Assembly: GCA_963796275.1 (NCBI GenBank) | Contig: CAWCKY010000006.1 | Span: 2,656,001 to 2,720,000 of the forward strand | Source of the DNA: an uncultured Acidobacteriota bacterium | GTDB lineage: Bacteria > Acidobacteriota > Blastocatellia > RBC074 | Length of the DNA: 64,000 bases | Direction of reading: 5' to 3' | Shown: in pieces, positions 1-10,695 of the stretch | Layout: each line of letters begins with the position of its first letter | How positions within the stretch are numbered: position 1 is the first letter of the stretch | Made by a program: the position numbers and the translations under genes | The notes under the pieces: generated by a model | Told to the model about the DNA's origin: nothing | Seen by the model: the letters and a program-made list of their open reading frames with translations, nothing else | Database searches by the model: none

Positions 1-131
1 GCTGAGGGTCCCGCGACAAGGCGGCTCCTTTAAAATATCGCCAGCCTTAAAGACACGCTACGGCCCAAGGCGCTTCGCGATGCCGAGGCGATTCTTCCAC
101 CTTCCCGGTCTTGTTGATCCATTTTTAAAAA

Positions 132-146
132 TTACTTGTCAAGTAA
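132..146. promoter_or_regulatory. Perfect 7-1-7 inverted repeat TTACTTG-T-CAAGTAA abutting the katE RBS (possible operator)
   Basis: Palindrome read directly from sequence; overlaps AAGGA 12 nt before the katE ATG. Confidence 0.35.
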
Positions 147-158
147 AGGAAAATTGAA

Positions 159-2381
159 ATGGCTACTAACAGAAAAAACGTGAGAAAGATCAATGACAAA
201 CAGACCGAGCCCAGTGACAAGATCACCGACCTTGCGGTCAATACAGAAGATCCTGAGGACTCGTATCTTACAACGAACCAGGGAGTATGCATCAATGACA
301 ATCAGAATTCGCTCAAGGCCGGCGATCGCGGGCCATCGCTGCTCGAGGATTTTATTCTGCGTGAGAAGATCACGCATTTCGATCACGAGCGCATCCCGGA
401 GCGAGTCGTCCATGCGCGCGGAGCTGGGGCTCATGGCTACTTTCAGGTTTATAAGCCGATGGCGAAGCTGACTAAAGCGAAGTTCCTGCTAGACCCATCG
501 GCTAAGACTCCTGTTTTTGTGCGGTTCTCGACGGTCGCCGGGTCGCGCGGATCGACGGATCTGGCTCGAGATGTGCGTGGCTTTGCCGTCAAATTCTACA
601 CTGAAGAAGGCAACTTTGATCTGGTTGGCAACAACATCCCAGTCTTCTTCATTCAAGACGCGATCAAATTTCCCGATCTGATTCACGCCGTCAAGCCGGA
701 GCCGCATCATGAAATTCCGCAAGCCGCTTCCGCGCACGATACCTTCTGGGACTTCATCTCATTGATGCCGGAATCAATGCATATGATTATGTGGGTGATG
801 TCGGATCGTGCCATTCCGAGGAGCTTCCGGATGATGGAAGGCTTCGGCGTTCATACATTCCGTTTCATCAACGATGCCGGTGAGTCGCGGTTCGTCAAGT
901 TTCACTGGAAGCCCCTGCTCGGCGTTCATTCGGTGGCCTGGGACGAAGCGCAGAAGATTTCAGGTAAAGATCCCGATTTTCACCGGCGCGACTTGTGGGA
1001 GGCGATTGAAAGCGGCGCTTATCCTGAATGGGAACTCGGTGTGCAGATCGTCGAGGAGAGGGACGAGCACAAATTCGACTTCGATCTGCTCGATGCCACC
1101 AAGATCATTCCTGAAGAACTCGTGCCCGTCTGGCGAATCGGCAAACTGACGCTCAACCGCAATCCGGACAATTTCTTCGCTGAGACCGAGCAGGTCGCTT
1201 TTCACGTCGGTCATATCGTCCCCGGCATCGACTTTACGGACGACCCGTTAATGCAGGGGCGGCTGTTCTCCTATACCGATACGCAACTGATAAGGCTAGG
1301 CGGCCCCAATTTCCACGAAATCCCGATCAATCGCCCCCTCGCGCAGGTTCATAACAATCAGCGCGACGGATACATGCGCCAGACGATTAACCAGAGCCGG
1401 ACAAGCTATGAGCCGAACTCGATCAGCGGCGGTTGTCCTTTCCAGGCGGGCAAGGATATGGGCGGTTTCGTCAGTTACGCCGAAAAAATCTCCGCCTCTA
1501 AGGTGCGGGCGCGGAGCGCGAGTTTCTTCGATCATTTCAGCCAGGCCACGATGTTCTATCGCAGCCAATCCGAGCCGGAGCAGAATCATATCGTCAAAGC
1601 GTTGCGGTTTGAGCTCGGCAAGGTTGAAATCCCGGAGATCCGGGAGCGGATGGTAGGTCTGCTCTCGTTTGTGGATCAGTCGCTGGCCCGCCGCGTCGCC
1701 GAAGGGCTGGGCTTGCACTTTCCCGTGGAGTTGCCCGCGCCGATAAATCAGAGCATTCCGGCGGACGGCGAAGTCGCTAAATTTCAGCCCAAGCGCCCCA
1801 AAAAATCCAATAGCGAGGGCTTCATCTCTCCCGCGTTGAGCATGGCCAATACGCCGAAGAACAGTATCAAAACGCGCAAAGTCGCATTCCTTGTTGCGGA
1901 CGGCGTCGACGAGACGGCAGCGCTGTACATGGCAAAGGCGCTTGAGGCGGCCGGAGCGATGGCAAAGTTCGTGGCGCCGCACGGCGGAGTAATCCATGGC
2001 GCAAAGGGCAAAGAGATGCCCGTTGATTTCAGTCTGCTCACGACGAGTTCCGTGCTCTTCGACGCGGTATATGTTCCCGGTGGGGCCGAAAGCGTCGCGG
2101 CTCTTAAAGCAGAGCCCGACGCAGTCCATTTTATCAATGAGGCCTATAAGCATTGCAAAACTATCGCCGCCACCGGTGAAGGAGTTGATCTGCTGCGCGC
2201 CTCCTATGTCTCTGGCGATCCACGCTTCGAAGAGGGCGGCGGGGGAACGCCGAAGGCGACGATGGAGGGGCTGATGGTGGCCTCGGCATCGGACGCGCGC
2301 AAAATCGCGGATGATTTCATTGCGGCGATCGCCCAGCATCGACACTGGAGTCGCGAGCAGAAGGGAGATATCCCGGCTTGA
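159..2381 (+). CDS. katE: Large-subunit catalase HPII (clade 2) with C-terminal DJ-1/GATase-like domain
   Basis: 740 aa; [15 protein letters not shown] active-site motif, RLFSYTDTQ proximal Tyr motif, C-terminal [10 protein letters not shown]...FDAVYVPGG domain. Confidence 0.97.
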   Translation: MATNRKNVRKINDKQTEPSDKITDLAVNTEDPEDSYLTTNQGVCINDNQNSLKAGDRGPSLLEDFILREKITHFDHERIPERVVHARGAGAHGYFQVYKPMAKLTKAKFLLDPSAKTPVFVRFSTVAGSRGSTDLARDVRGFAVKFYTEEGNFDLVGNNIPVFFIQDAIKFPDLIHAVKPEPHHEIPQAASAHDTFWDFISLMPESMHMIMWVMSDRAIPRSFRMMEGFGVHTFRFINDAGESRFVKFHWKPLLGVHSVAWDEAQKISGKDPDFHRRDLWEAIESGAYPEWELGVQIVEERDEHKFDFDLLDATKIIPEELVPVWRIGKLTLNRNPDNFFAETEQVAFHVGHIVPGIDFTDDPLMQGRLFSYTDTQLIRLGGPNFHEIPINRPLAQVHNNQRDGYMRQTINQSRTSYEPNSISGGCPFQAGKDMGGFVSYAEKISASKVRARSASFFDHFSQATMFYRSQSEPEQNHIVKALRFELGKVEIPEIRERMVGLLSFVDQSLARRVAEGLGLHFPVELPAPINQSIPADGEVAKFQPKRPKKSNSEGFISPALSMANTPKNSIKTRKVAFLVADGVDETAALYMAKALEAAGAMAKFVAPHGGVIHGAKGKEMPVDFSLLTTSSVLFDAVYVPGGAESVAALKAEPDAVHFINEAYKHCKTIAATGEGVDLLRASYVSGDPRFEEGGGGTPKATMEGLMVASASDARKIADDFIAAIAQHRHWSREQKGDIPA

Positions 2382-2577
2382 GGCAAGGCGTTTATAGCCG
2401 GATGGTCAAGAACTGAGTATTCGTTATCACGAATTTGTTAATGCTGTTCAATGCTTTCATAGGGTTGGGCATTATGTTTTACCACCGGCACCGTAATAAT
2501 GATGTTAGGAACACAATTGCTGGGACTTGCTGGTGTCAAGCTTTCGGGAGATAAGCGTTTGATGGCCGGGAGATCCT

Positions 2578-3471
2578 TCAGGCAGCATGCGGTTGCTCGG
2601 AGGACTCTTTGGGAATTATGGGTTTGTCCGCGGAGTGCGCGATCTCGGCGTTGATCTCACCGCCAATAAGAATGACCGAACCCATCAAATACAGCCATAA
2701 CATCAAAATAACGACTGCGCCGATACTACCATATGTGGCGCTATAGCTGGGCGCGAACCGCAAGTAGAGCGAGAAGAGCAGCGAGGCGACGAACAGACTT
2801 ATCACGGCGAAGACTGCGCCCGGTGTGATCCACTTCCAATCCTGTTTGACGTTCGGCCCCAGGTAGTAGATCAATTCTAAACCCAAAAAGAGCAGCGTCA
2901 CGCCCAAGAGATAATGGACGACGCTCCAGATGACGTCGAATATCATTCCCATTCCGAGCTTTGCGGCAGCCCAGGAAGCGAAGCGGTCGCCGAACATGAT
3001 CAAAGTTGTCCCGCCAACAATCAGTAACGCCAGTAGAATGGTGAGACCGATGGCGATCAGTCGAGTCTTCCAGAATGGCCTCTCCTCCTTTGCGTCGTAA
3101 GCTGTGTTGAGCGTGCCCATCACCGCCGAGACACCGCCTGATGCTGCCCACAGCGCGCCTAGTACGCCGAATGATAGCAAGCCGCCGCTTCGGTTACGCG
3201 TCACGTCATAAATGATCTCACTCACAAGCCTCATCGCCTCGCCGGGAACGAATTTGGCAAGAGCCGCGAAAATTGCTTCTCTCACGCCGGGCAGAAAGCC
3301 GACTAGGCTGGTCAGGAAGATAAGCATGGGGAAAAGTGCAAGCAAGAAATAATATGCGAGTTCAGCGGCGCGGCCAAAGACGTTGTCTTCGTTTATCCCC
3401 TTCCACGTCTTCGCGGCCAATTCTCTCAGCGTTGCAGGACTGAGCCAGCGCCTCGACCACTGATTATTCAT
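2578..3471 (-). CDS. YihY/virulence factor BrkB family membrane protein
   Basis: AAELAYYFLLALFP, LNTAYDAKEERPFW, TYGSIGAVVILMLWLY, GGEINAE motifs; multiple TM segments. Confidence 0.93.
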   Translation of the reverse strand: MNNQWSRRWLSPATLRELAAKTWKGINEDNVFGRAAELAYYFLLALFPMLIFLTSLVGFLPGVREAIFAALAKFVPGEAMRLVSEIIYDVTRNRSGGLLSFGVLGALWAASGGVSAVMGTLNTAYDAKEERPFWKTRLIAIGLTILLALLIVGGTTLIMFGDRFASWAAAKLGMGMIFDVIWSVVHYLLGVTLLFLGLELIYYLGPNVKQDWKWITPGAVFAVISLFVASLLFSLYLRFAPSYSATYGSIGAVVILMLWLYLMGSVILIGGEINAEIAHSADKPIIPKESSEQPHAA

Positions 3472-3677
3472 TTCGCCACCTTTCAGCTTCTCGACGGCAG
3501 CCCACCCGTTACGGTGGAAAGGGCTTCCGAGCCGTGGCTCTAACGCATCCTTGCAGATTACCTCCGTTAAATCGACAATAGCCTAATGGTACGGTTTAAG
3601 GACAATCTGTTCTGGAATATCACACCTCCGGTGCTCTAGCCGTCAACTGAAACTGGATAGAGTCTTTCAGTAATCAC

Positions 3678-3694
3678 TGCAATCAATGAGCCAA
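3678..3694 (-). promoter_or_regulatory. Putative sigma-54 promoter for yihY
   Basis: Minus strand TTGGCTCATTGATTGCA = GG-N10-GC with TTGC, ~200 nt upstream of the ATG. Confidence 0.5.
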
Positions 3695-4139
3695 GATAAG
3701 ACTGTACTTTGACTTATCGTTCTGTCAGTCAGAATCAGAGCATTTGCGTCAATGGTGAGCCGGGCGCGTATAAAACGGTGACGATGAACCAGGGAGTCGC
3801 CATGCACAAATTTAGAGACAGAAGGTTGCTCCGCAATCGCGATGGTGGTCTTTTGGTGGCTTGGACAGAATAAAGGGCAAATTACGATTTACCGCGAGCG
3901 TACCGAACGCACGATGGTAAGGGGGCCGATCGTCGGTACTGGGTTACCAGATAAAGGTGTGGGAGGTCTACTGCAAACTCAATTCCATCTCTACCATCTC
4001 CTATTTAATGGGATTTGAAACACATTAAACGGAGGTATCATCAGTTAAATATCGTTTCGAAGTCGGTCAAGGACGTATGACTTGCAGTCATAAAAGTACA
4101 TTCGTCATGCGGTTGGTTCGGCAGCGCCGCGTCGGGCGA

Positions 4140-4157
4140 CAGGCATACCCATTGCAG
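4140..4157 (+). promoter_or_regulatory. Putative sigma-54 promoter (divergent from the one at 3678)
   Basis: CAGGCATACCCATTGCAG = GG-N10-GC, 40 nt upstream of an RBS+ATG at 4197. Confidence 0.5.
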
Positions 4158-4196
4158 TAGTTCGGAAAGAGAGGTGCGACTTTCTGAGGAGTAGAC

Positions 4197-4289
4197 ATGA
4201 AATACACAGCAGCCGATATTTTAGTAGAGTCGTTGATTGAGTGGGATGTCAATACAGGTGCGAGAGCTGATTTAGTGGGGGAGGAATGA
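4197..4289 (+). pseudogene. 5' remnant of a pyruvate oxidase/ThDP-dependent enzyme
   Basis: GAGGAG RBS then MKYTAADILVESLIEWDVNTG, resembling the POX N-terminus (TAADxLVExLxxWGVxxIFG); stops after 30 codons. Confidence 0.55.
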
Positions 4290-4572
4290 AATGTCAGATG
4301 TAACTTATATTTCAAAGTACGCATTGAGTGGAAAGCCGGACCATTGCGTTTAGCCTATTTACCAGCTGAGTCGGAGCCGGTGAGCTTTGGCGCACACGGA
4401 CAAGTCGCCAAACATTATGGCGTTACCCACATTATATTATGTTGTTTCCGCTGCCGGTGGCTAACTGGTTGGAATATAGCAGGTTGCCGTTGGAGCTGAA
4501 GTCAAAGTGTTAAGAGATGATGGAAAACCTGGCCTGATTATTGAGGCACCGACTCACAACAGGGGATTATCC

Positions 4573-5700
4573 ATGAGAATCGCACAGGTTTCGCCGCTCT
4601 ACGAAAGCGTGCCACCCCAACGGTACGGCGGCACTGAACGTGTAGTCTCGTATTTGACTGAGGAACTCGTCAGGCAAGGGCACGAGGTGACTTTGTTTGC
4701 GAGCGGGGATTCGAGCACGAGCGCGAAGCTGGTCTCCTGCTGTCCGCGCTCGTTGCGCACCGATCCCGGCTGCGCTGATCCGATGGTACATCACTACTTG
4801 ATGCTCGAAAAAGTCTTCAACGGCGCCTCGGAATTCGACCTCATTCATTTTCATATCGACTATCTGCATTTTCCTTTATCACGGTGGCGCGGCCTGATGC
4901 AGCTCTCCACTCTGCACGGGAGGCTGGACCTTCCTGACCTGGTTCTGCTTTATGAAGAGTTCCGTGAGATGCCGCTGATTTCGATCTCTGATGCGCAGCG
5001 CAGACCGATTTCATCGGCCCTATGGCTGGGGACTGTCTATCACGGGCTGCCGGAAAACCTTTTTAACTTTCACGAGACGCCGGAGAATTACCTGGCCTTC
5101 CTGGGTCGCATCTCACCGGAAAAGCGCGTGGATCGCGCCATCGAGATCGCGAAACGCACCGGGATGCCGCTCAAGATCGCAGCTAAGATTGATAAGGTGG
5201 ATCAGGAGTATTTCGAAGAGGTTATCAAACCGCTGCTCGATCACCGGCTGGTCGAATTCGTGGGAGAAATTGGCGATAGGGAGAAGAACGAATTTCTTGG
5301 CAATGCGTACGCTGTACTGTTTCCTATCGATTGGCTGGAGCCGTTCGGGCTTGTGATGATCGAGGCGATGGCCTGCGGCACTCCAGTGATCGCATGGCCG
5401 CACGGTTCCGTCCCGGAAGTGATGGAGGATGGAGTGACCGGCTTTATTGTCGAGGATTTGGATGATGCAGTGCAGGCAATTGAAAAGCTGGCGAGCTTTG
5501 ATCGCCGGCAGTGCCGGCAAGTATTTGAGCGGCGCTTCACCGCAGATCGCATGGCTAGTGATTACGTGAATATCTATGAGCGGTTTGTGGCAAAGGTCTC
5601 GAATAATGGTTTCAGAGATGCGTTTCTCAAGAAGCAAAAGCTGAATTCCCTTCTGAGCGAAGCATCCGAGGCTATCGGCCATCGCTTGAACTTGAAGTGA
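4573..5700 (+). CDS. Glycosyltransferase family 4
   Basis: MRIAQVSPLYESVPPQRYGGTERVV N-terminus, LGRISPEK and EPFGLVMIEAMACGTPV (EX7E) motifs; start placed at the ATG after AGGGG. Confidence 0.93.
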   Translation: MRIAQVSPLYESVPPQRYGGTERVVSYLTEELVRQGHEVTLFASGDSSTSAKLVSCCPRSLRTDPGCADPMVHHYLMLEKVFNGASEFDLIHFHIDYLHFPLSRWRGLMQLSTLHGRLDLPDLVLLYEEFREMPLISISDAQRRPISSALWLGTVYHGLPENLFNFHETPENYLAFLGRISPEKRVDRAIEIAKRTGMPLKIAAKIDKVDQEYFEEVIKPLLDHRLVEFVGEIGDREKNEFLGNAYAVLFPIDWLEPFGLVMIEAMACGTPVIAWPHGSVPEVMEDGVTGFIVEDLDDAVQAIEKLASFDRRQCRQVFERRFTADRMASDYVNIYERFVAKVSNNGFRDAFLKKQKLNSLLSEASEAIGHRLNLK

Positions 5701-5792
5701 TTGCAGGGGCGTGCGACCAGGTCGTTCAACCATTATTCAGAACGAAGGAGGGTCTGAATTGGAGATATGAGACTAGAGGTAGAGGAGGGAAG

Positions 5793-6887
5793 ATGAAATA
5801 TAGAACGAAAATGATGATGAAACTAATATCGAATTATGTAATTCCGCAAATTGCATCTCGTAGTGCGAGAAAACATGGAAAGGCTCTGGCAATAACCGGA
5901 GCAAGCATCGGCTTATTGTTGGCAGGTCGCGCCGTAATACGTCGACAACGCAGCTTTGACTTGATGGGGCAAACAGTGTTGATCACGGGTGGATCGCGTG
6001 GCCTTGGCCTGATAATGGCGCGAGAGTTTGTTCGTCAAGGCGCTCGGGTTGCGATCTGCGCTCGCGACTTCGATGAACTGGAACGCGCTAGCGAGGATTT
6101 GATGCTGCGCGGCGGCGAGGTTTTTCCCGTCTCCTGTGATCTAACCAACCGGATAGAGGTCGAACAATTTGTGCATACGGTTCAAGAAGAGTTTGGCGAG
6201 ATCGATGTGTTGGTTAATAACGCGGGTGTCATTTGCGTCGGTCCTGTCGAGGAGATGACGATCAACGATTTTGAAGAGGCAATGCGAACCAATTATTGGG
6301 CGGCAGTCTATACGATCTTGGCTGTCCTGCCCGAGATGCGTATGCGGCAAAAAGGGAGGATTATCAATATTGCCTCCATTGGCGCGAAGATCAGTGTGCC
6401 ACACTTACTGCCTTACTGTGCCAGCAAGTTCGCTATCATGGGCCTCTCTGCGGGATTGCGCGCCGAACTGGCAAAAGATGGGATCGTCGTGACTACTGTC
6501 TGCCCCGGACTTATGCGTACGGGAAGCCCGCGTAACGCGACCTTCAAGGGGAACCACCGCGCCGAATACGCGTGGTTCAGCATTAGCGATTCGCTTCCAC
6601 TCGTGTCTATGAGCGGCGAACGCGCCGCGCGGCAAATCATAGCTGCCTGTAAGCGTGGAGATGCCGAAGTTGTCTTATCGCTTCCGGCCAAGCTCGCCGT
6701 GAGATTTAATACCCTCTTCCCGGAATTGACAGCTGATCTACTTGGAGTTGTCAATCAGTTGCTGCCCCGACCAGGGGGAATCGGGGCGAACAGCGTGCTG
6801 GGATCAGAGAGCGAATCATCTCTATCACCTTCTTTCCTGACCTCGCTCGGCGACAAAGCAGCGAAAGAAAACAATCAGGTAATTTAA
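5793..6887 (+). CDS. Short-chain dehydrogenase/reductase with N-terminal membrane anchor
   Basis: TGGSRGLG, NNAG, YCASK motifs; start chosen after AGAGGAGG (exact start uncertain). Confidence 0.9.
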   Translation: MKYRTKMMMKLISNYVIPQIASRSARKHGKALAITGASIGLLLAGRAVIRRQRSFDLMGQTVLITGGSRGLGLIMAREFVRQGARVAICARDFDELERASEDLMLRGGEVFPVSCDLTNRIEVEQFVHTVQEEFGEIDVLVNNAGVICVGPVEEMTINDFEEAMRTNYWAAVYTILAVLPEMRMRQKGRIINIASIGAKISVPHLLPYCASKFAIMGLSAGLRAELAKDGIVVTTVCPGLMRTGSPRNATFKGNHRAEYAWFSISDSLPLVSMSGERAARQIIAACKRGDAEVVLSLPAKLAVRFNTLFPELTADLLGVVNQLLPRPGGIGANSVLGSESESSLSPSFLTSLGDKAAKENNQVI

Positions 6888-7130
6888 ATGTATCAATTCT
6901 GATATGAGCTAATTGAAAAAGTACAAAAATCATTACACCTCTACCACAGATGTAATTTGACGGCTCAAAAAAGTTCTTGGATCCCTTTCTCAATGGCAGT
7001 GTCTTTCATGGCTATGCCAACCTCGATTCTCATTCTCTCCGACATTCGGTACTCTCCTTCCCTTTGCGGCTGATTGTTTGAGCGATTTCGATAAATAGGA
7101 CCATCGCCCGATAAATAGTAGAGCATGAAT

Positions 7131-7148
7131 TGGGCACTCCTCTTGCGT
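7131..7148 (+). promoter_or_regulatory. Putative sigma-54 promoter upstream of the SDR-SRPBCC-ADH genes
   Basis: TGGGCACTCCTCTTGCGT = GGCAC-N5-TTGC, close to consensus. Confidence 0.5.
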
Positions 7149-7383
7149 AAACAAATGAGAGAGCTGAATGCTCCACCTAAACCCATACAGGTGTACTGAT
7201 CTTCATAATTCGTGTACGGGGCCGACCGGGTGATGAGGTTATTTGGATTATCAGGAAAGGCAGACAAACAGGTAGAAGATATGCAGACAGAAATGATGAT
7301 ACCCCAGATGCAACAGATGACAGTAACATAAAGTCATTATCAAAACCTGCTATGGGACTGGTAAGCATTTTTAGGAGATTTAA

Positions 7384-8172
7384 ATGACTTCAAATATACG
7401 CCCACTTGCAATCATCACTGGCGCCTCAACCGGTATAGGCTATGAACTGGCCAAACTCTGCGCCCAAAATGGCTTTGATTTATTGATCGCCGCAGATGAG
7501 TCTGGAATTAACGATGCGGCGCAACAATTTCGCGGGTTTGGCGTTGAGGTCAAGGCGATTCAGGCGGACCTCGCCACCAGTGAAGGTGTTGAGAAGCTTT
7601 ACACTGCAAGTCAGGGTCGACCAGTAGATGCATTGCTTGCGAACGCCGGCCACGGGTTAGGCCATGCTTTCCTCGATCAGGACTTCCTTGATGTGTTGCA
7701 CGTCATCAATACCAACATCACCGGCACGATCCACCTGATCCAAAAAGTGGGCCGGGACATGCGCGCAAGTGGCCATGGACGCATTCTCTTCACCGGTTCG
7801 ATAGCAGGTTTCATACCGGGAACTTATACGGCGGTCTACAACGGAACCAAGGCGTTCATCGATTCTTTCTCGCTCGCGCTACGCGCCGAGTTGAAAGATT
7901 CAGGCGTGACGGTCACTTGCCTCATGCCGGGTCCGACAGAAACCGACTTCTTCGAGCGCGCTGATATGCTCGACACCAAGATCGGGCAACAGGAGAAGGA
8001 CGATGCGGCCGAGGTTGCCAAGACCGGCTTTGAGGCAATGATGCGCGGCGATGCTGATGTCGTCAGCGGCTGGAAGAACAAATTGCAATCGGCCGTCGCC
8101 AATGTAACGCCCGCAGAAGTGCTCGCGGAGCAGCACCGTAAGGTGGCTGAACCCGGGTCGGGGAAAAAGTGA
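7384..8172 (+). CDS. Short-chain dehydrogenase/reductase
   Basis: TGASTGIG, ANAG, YNGTK motifs; AGGAG RBS. Confidence 0.93.
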   Translation: MTSNIRPLAIITGASTGIGYELAKLCAQNGFDLLIAADESGINDAAQQFRGFGVEVKAIQADLATSEGVEKLYTASQGRPVDALLANAGHGLGHAFLDQDFLDVLHVINTNITGTIHLIQKVGRDMRASGHGRILFTGSIAGFIPGTYTAVYNGTKAFIDSFSLALRAELKDSGVTVTCLMPGPTETDFFERADMLDTKIGQQEKDDAAEVAKTGFEAMMRGDADVVSGWKNKLQSAVANVTPAEVLAEQHRKVAEPGSGKK

Positions 8173-8322
8173 TTTAAGTTTGAGCCGGCTTTACAAATTC
8201 CTGCGGATTGACGAAGTCAGCTTGTCGTGGAGAGAGACAAGAAATAATCGGCCTCTCGTCTTTTCAGCAGGAGATATCAATTGATGTTCGCTGAATAAAA
8301 TATCTGTTTGGAGGGAGAGATT

Positions 8323-9411
8323 ATGGCGCAAATAAAGAAGAAAGAAGCTCAAGGGGCCGAGCAGCGTGGAGAGGCAATCAGGCAAGATGAACAATTCAAT
8401 CTGCCCGACAGAGAGCCCGGCAGTACGGAATTCGAAACTCGTGGCATAAGGAGGAGACAGCGAGGAGCATTGAAAGGGTTGAATGAAAGGCAACTTGCAG
8501 CTGGTCTGGGTTGGTTCAGTATCGGACTTGGGCTGATTGGAGTTGCGGCTCCGCATGGCCTATCGCGGTTGATCGGTACACGCGGGAAGTACAGTGGGCT
8601 TTTGCGCATCCTGGGGGCACGAGAGATCGCCAGCGGTATTGGTATCCTCTCGCAGCGCCGGCCCACCGGTGCCGCCTGGTCGCGCGTCGGGGGCGATGCC
8701 ATCGATTTGGCGCTATTGGGCGCAGCCTTTGCGTCGCACCGAGCCAAACGCGGCCGGCTAACTGCAGCGACGGCCGCCGTGGCTGGCGTGACAGCTTTGG
8801 ATGTGATCTGCTCGCGAGAGCTCAGTCGCCGCTCTAGCGCGACCGCACCTGACGGAGCTATGAGGGTAGCGCAGTCCGTCACTATCAATCGCTCTCCCGA
8901 AGAAATCTATAAATTTTGGCGGACCTTCCAAAATCTACCCAGTTTTATGAAGCACCTCGAATCTATTGAGGTAGGCCGCGCGATCCGCCAGATGGGTAGT
9001 GAGGTGAGGGAAGAGATAACAGGGGATATATATTCGCACTGGATCGCGAAGGCTCCAGCGGGGATGACGGTCGAATGGGATGCCGAGATCATCGAAGACC
9101 GGCCTAACGAAATGATTGCCTGGAGATCGCTCGAAGGCGCTGATGTGGATCACATGGGATCAGTTCGGTTTGAGCGCGCGCGGGGTGGGCGTGGAACTAT
9201 AGTCCGGGCGAGGTTGCAATATAGCCCGCCGGCCGGAGTGATTGGAGCGAGCATCGCCAAACTTTTCGGCGAAGACCCAAATTGGCAGGTGAAGGATGAT
9301 TTGCGCCGCCTCAAGCAGATTATGGAGGCCGGTGAGGTCCTTACGACTGAAGGGCAATCCGATGGGCGCGCAAACAGCAGCTGGCTATATGACACAACAT
9401 CGCGGAAATGA
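8323..9411 (+). CDS. SRPBCC (polyketide cyclase/dehydrase-like) family stress protein with N-terminal membrane region
   Basis: LGWFSIGLG...WSRVGGDAIDL N-part; SVTINRSPEEIYKFWR, NLPSFMKHL, EWDAEI, IAWRSLEGAD, DLRRLKQIMEAGE. Confidence 0.9.
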   Translation: MAQIKKKEAQGAEQRGEAIRQDEQFNLPDREPGSTEFETRGIRRRQRGALKGLNERQLAAGLGWFSIGLGLIGVAAPHGLSRLIGTRGKYSGLLRILGAREIASGIGILSQRRPTGAAWSRVGGDAIDLALLGAAFASHRAKRGRLTAATAAVAGVTALDVICSRELSRRSSATAPDGAMRVAQSVTINRSPEEIYKFWRTFQNLPSFMKHLESIEVGRAIRQMGSEVREEITGDIYSHWIAKAPAGMTVEWDAEIIEDRPNEMIAWRSLEGADVDHMGSVRFERARGGRGTIVRARLQYSPPAGVIGASIAKLFGEDPNWQVKDDLRRLKQIMEAGEVLTTEGQSDGRANSSWLYDTTSRK

Positions 9412-9455
9412 TCTAGTTGAAAAATCTGCTTGGAGACCTAGAGAGGAAAAATATA

Positions 9456-10622
9456 ATGAAAGCAAATTGCTGGTACGGCAAAAAAAATGTGCAGGTGGTT
9501 GATGTACCTGATCCAAAGATTCTTAACAAACACGACGCGATTGTGAAGGTCAGTTCGACGGCGATCTGCGGCTCTGACTTGCATCTTTACAACGGTTTCA
9601 TCCCGACGATGGAAAAAGGCGACATTATGGGCCACGAATTTATGGGTGAGATTGTCGAGATTGGCTCCGAGGTCAAGAAACGCAAAGTGGGCGACCGCGT
9701 AGTCGTCGGTTTTCCCATCTCATGCGGCGAGTGTTTCTTCTGCAAAAAGGAGATGTTTTCCCTTTGTGAAAACTCGAATCCGAATGCGTGGATGGCCGAA
9801 AAGATATTCGGTCATTCATCGGCGGGCCTTTTCGGCTACTCGCATCTGACTGGCGGGTTTGCCGGCGGGCAGGCCGAGTTTGTGCGTGTGCCGTTTGCCG
9901 ATATTGGCACGGTGAAGATCGAAAATGGATTGACGGATGATCAGGTATTGTTTCTATCTGACATCTTTCCCACGGGATATATGGGGGCCGAGAATTGCAA
10001 CATCGAGCCGGGCGACACAGTTGCCATTTGGGGGTGCGGCCCGGTTGGCCAATTTGCGATCAGAAGTTGTTTTTTGCTCGGGGCTGAGCGAGTAATCGCA
10101 ATCGATCGGCTTCCGGGGCGGTTGCGAATGGCCGCGGCTGGCGGCGCTGAAACGATCAACTACGAAGAGATGGATGTCTACGATAGTCTGATGGAGATGA
10201 CTGGCGGCCGAGGGCCGGACTCCTGTATGGATGCTGTCGGTCTGGAGGCGCACGCGCCCGGAGTTTGGGAGTATTACGATCGCACCAAGCAGGCATTGAT
10301 GCTCGAAACAGATCGTCCTTATGTACTACGACAGGCGATTCTGGCATGCCGAGGCGGGGGCACTGTCTCAATTCCCGGTGTCTATGGAGGAGTGGGCGAC
10401 AAAATCCCGCTCGGTGCTTTGATGAATAAAGGTCTGACGATCAAGACCGGACAAACGCATGTTCAGCGTTATTTCCGCCCCTTACTCGAAAGGATCAAGA
10501 AGGGCGATATCGACCCTAGTTTTGTCGTCACTCATCGTATGCAACTTGAGGATGCGCCAAAAGGATTCGACACGTTCTTTAATCAACAGGATGAGTGCAT
10601 TAAGGTTGTGCTCAAACCATAG
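9456..10622 (+). CDS. Zinc-dependent alcohol dehydrogenase (formaldehyde dehydrogenase-like, YbdR type)
   Basis: ICGSDLH, GHEFMG, CGECFFC...C structural Zn site, [14 protein letters not shown]. Confidence 0.95.
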   Translation: MKANCWYGKKNVQVVDVPDPKILNKHDAIVKVSSTAICGSDLHLYNGFIPTMEKGDIMGHEFMGEIVEIGSEVKKRKVGDRVVVGFPISCGECFFCKKEMFSLCENSNPNAWMAEKIFGHSSAGLFGYSHLTGGFAGGQAEFVRVPFADIGTVKIENGLTDDQVLFLSDIFPTGYMGAENCNIEPGDTVAIWGCGPVGQFAIRSCFLLGAERVIAIDRLPGRLRMAAAGGAETINYEEMDVYDSLMEMTGGRGPDSCMDAVGLEAHAPGVWEYYDRTKQALMLETDRPYVLRQAILACRGGGTVSIPGVYGGVGDKIPLGALMNKGLTIKTGQTHVQRYFRPLLERIKKGDIDPSFVVTHRMQLEDAPKGFDTFFNQQDECIKVVLKP

Positions 10623-10630
10623 GATGAAAT

Positions 10631-10695
10631 ATGAATGCCGTGGAATTGTTGATGGAAGAACCAGCAGAAATTACTCCGATTGATTGAAGAGCTTA
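10631..10695 (+). pseudogene. 5' remnant of a hemerythrin/HHE-domain protein
   Basis: AGGA RBS, MNAVELLMEE then in the next frame QQKLLRLIEEL; runs into the truncated sulfatase end. Confidence 0.4.

Noticed and set aside
1296-2345. 349-aa antisense ORF in katE (likewise 28835-29995, 40316-41389, 24622-25455, 54081-54764)
   Set aside because: Shadow ORFs opposite well-supported GC-rich genes; no motifs.
6965-7368. Short minus-strand ORFs between the two SDR genes
   Set aside because: AT-rich, no recognisable motif; overlap a likely promoter region.
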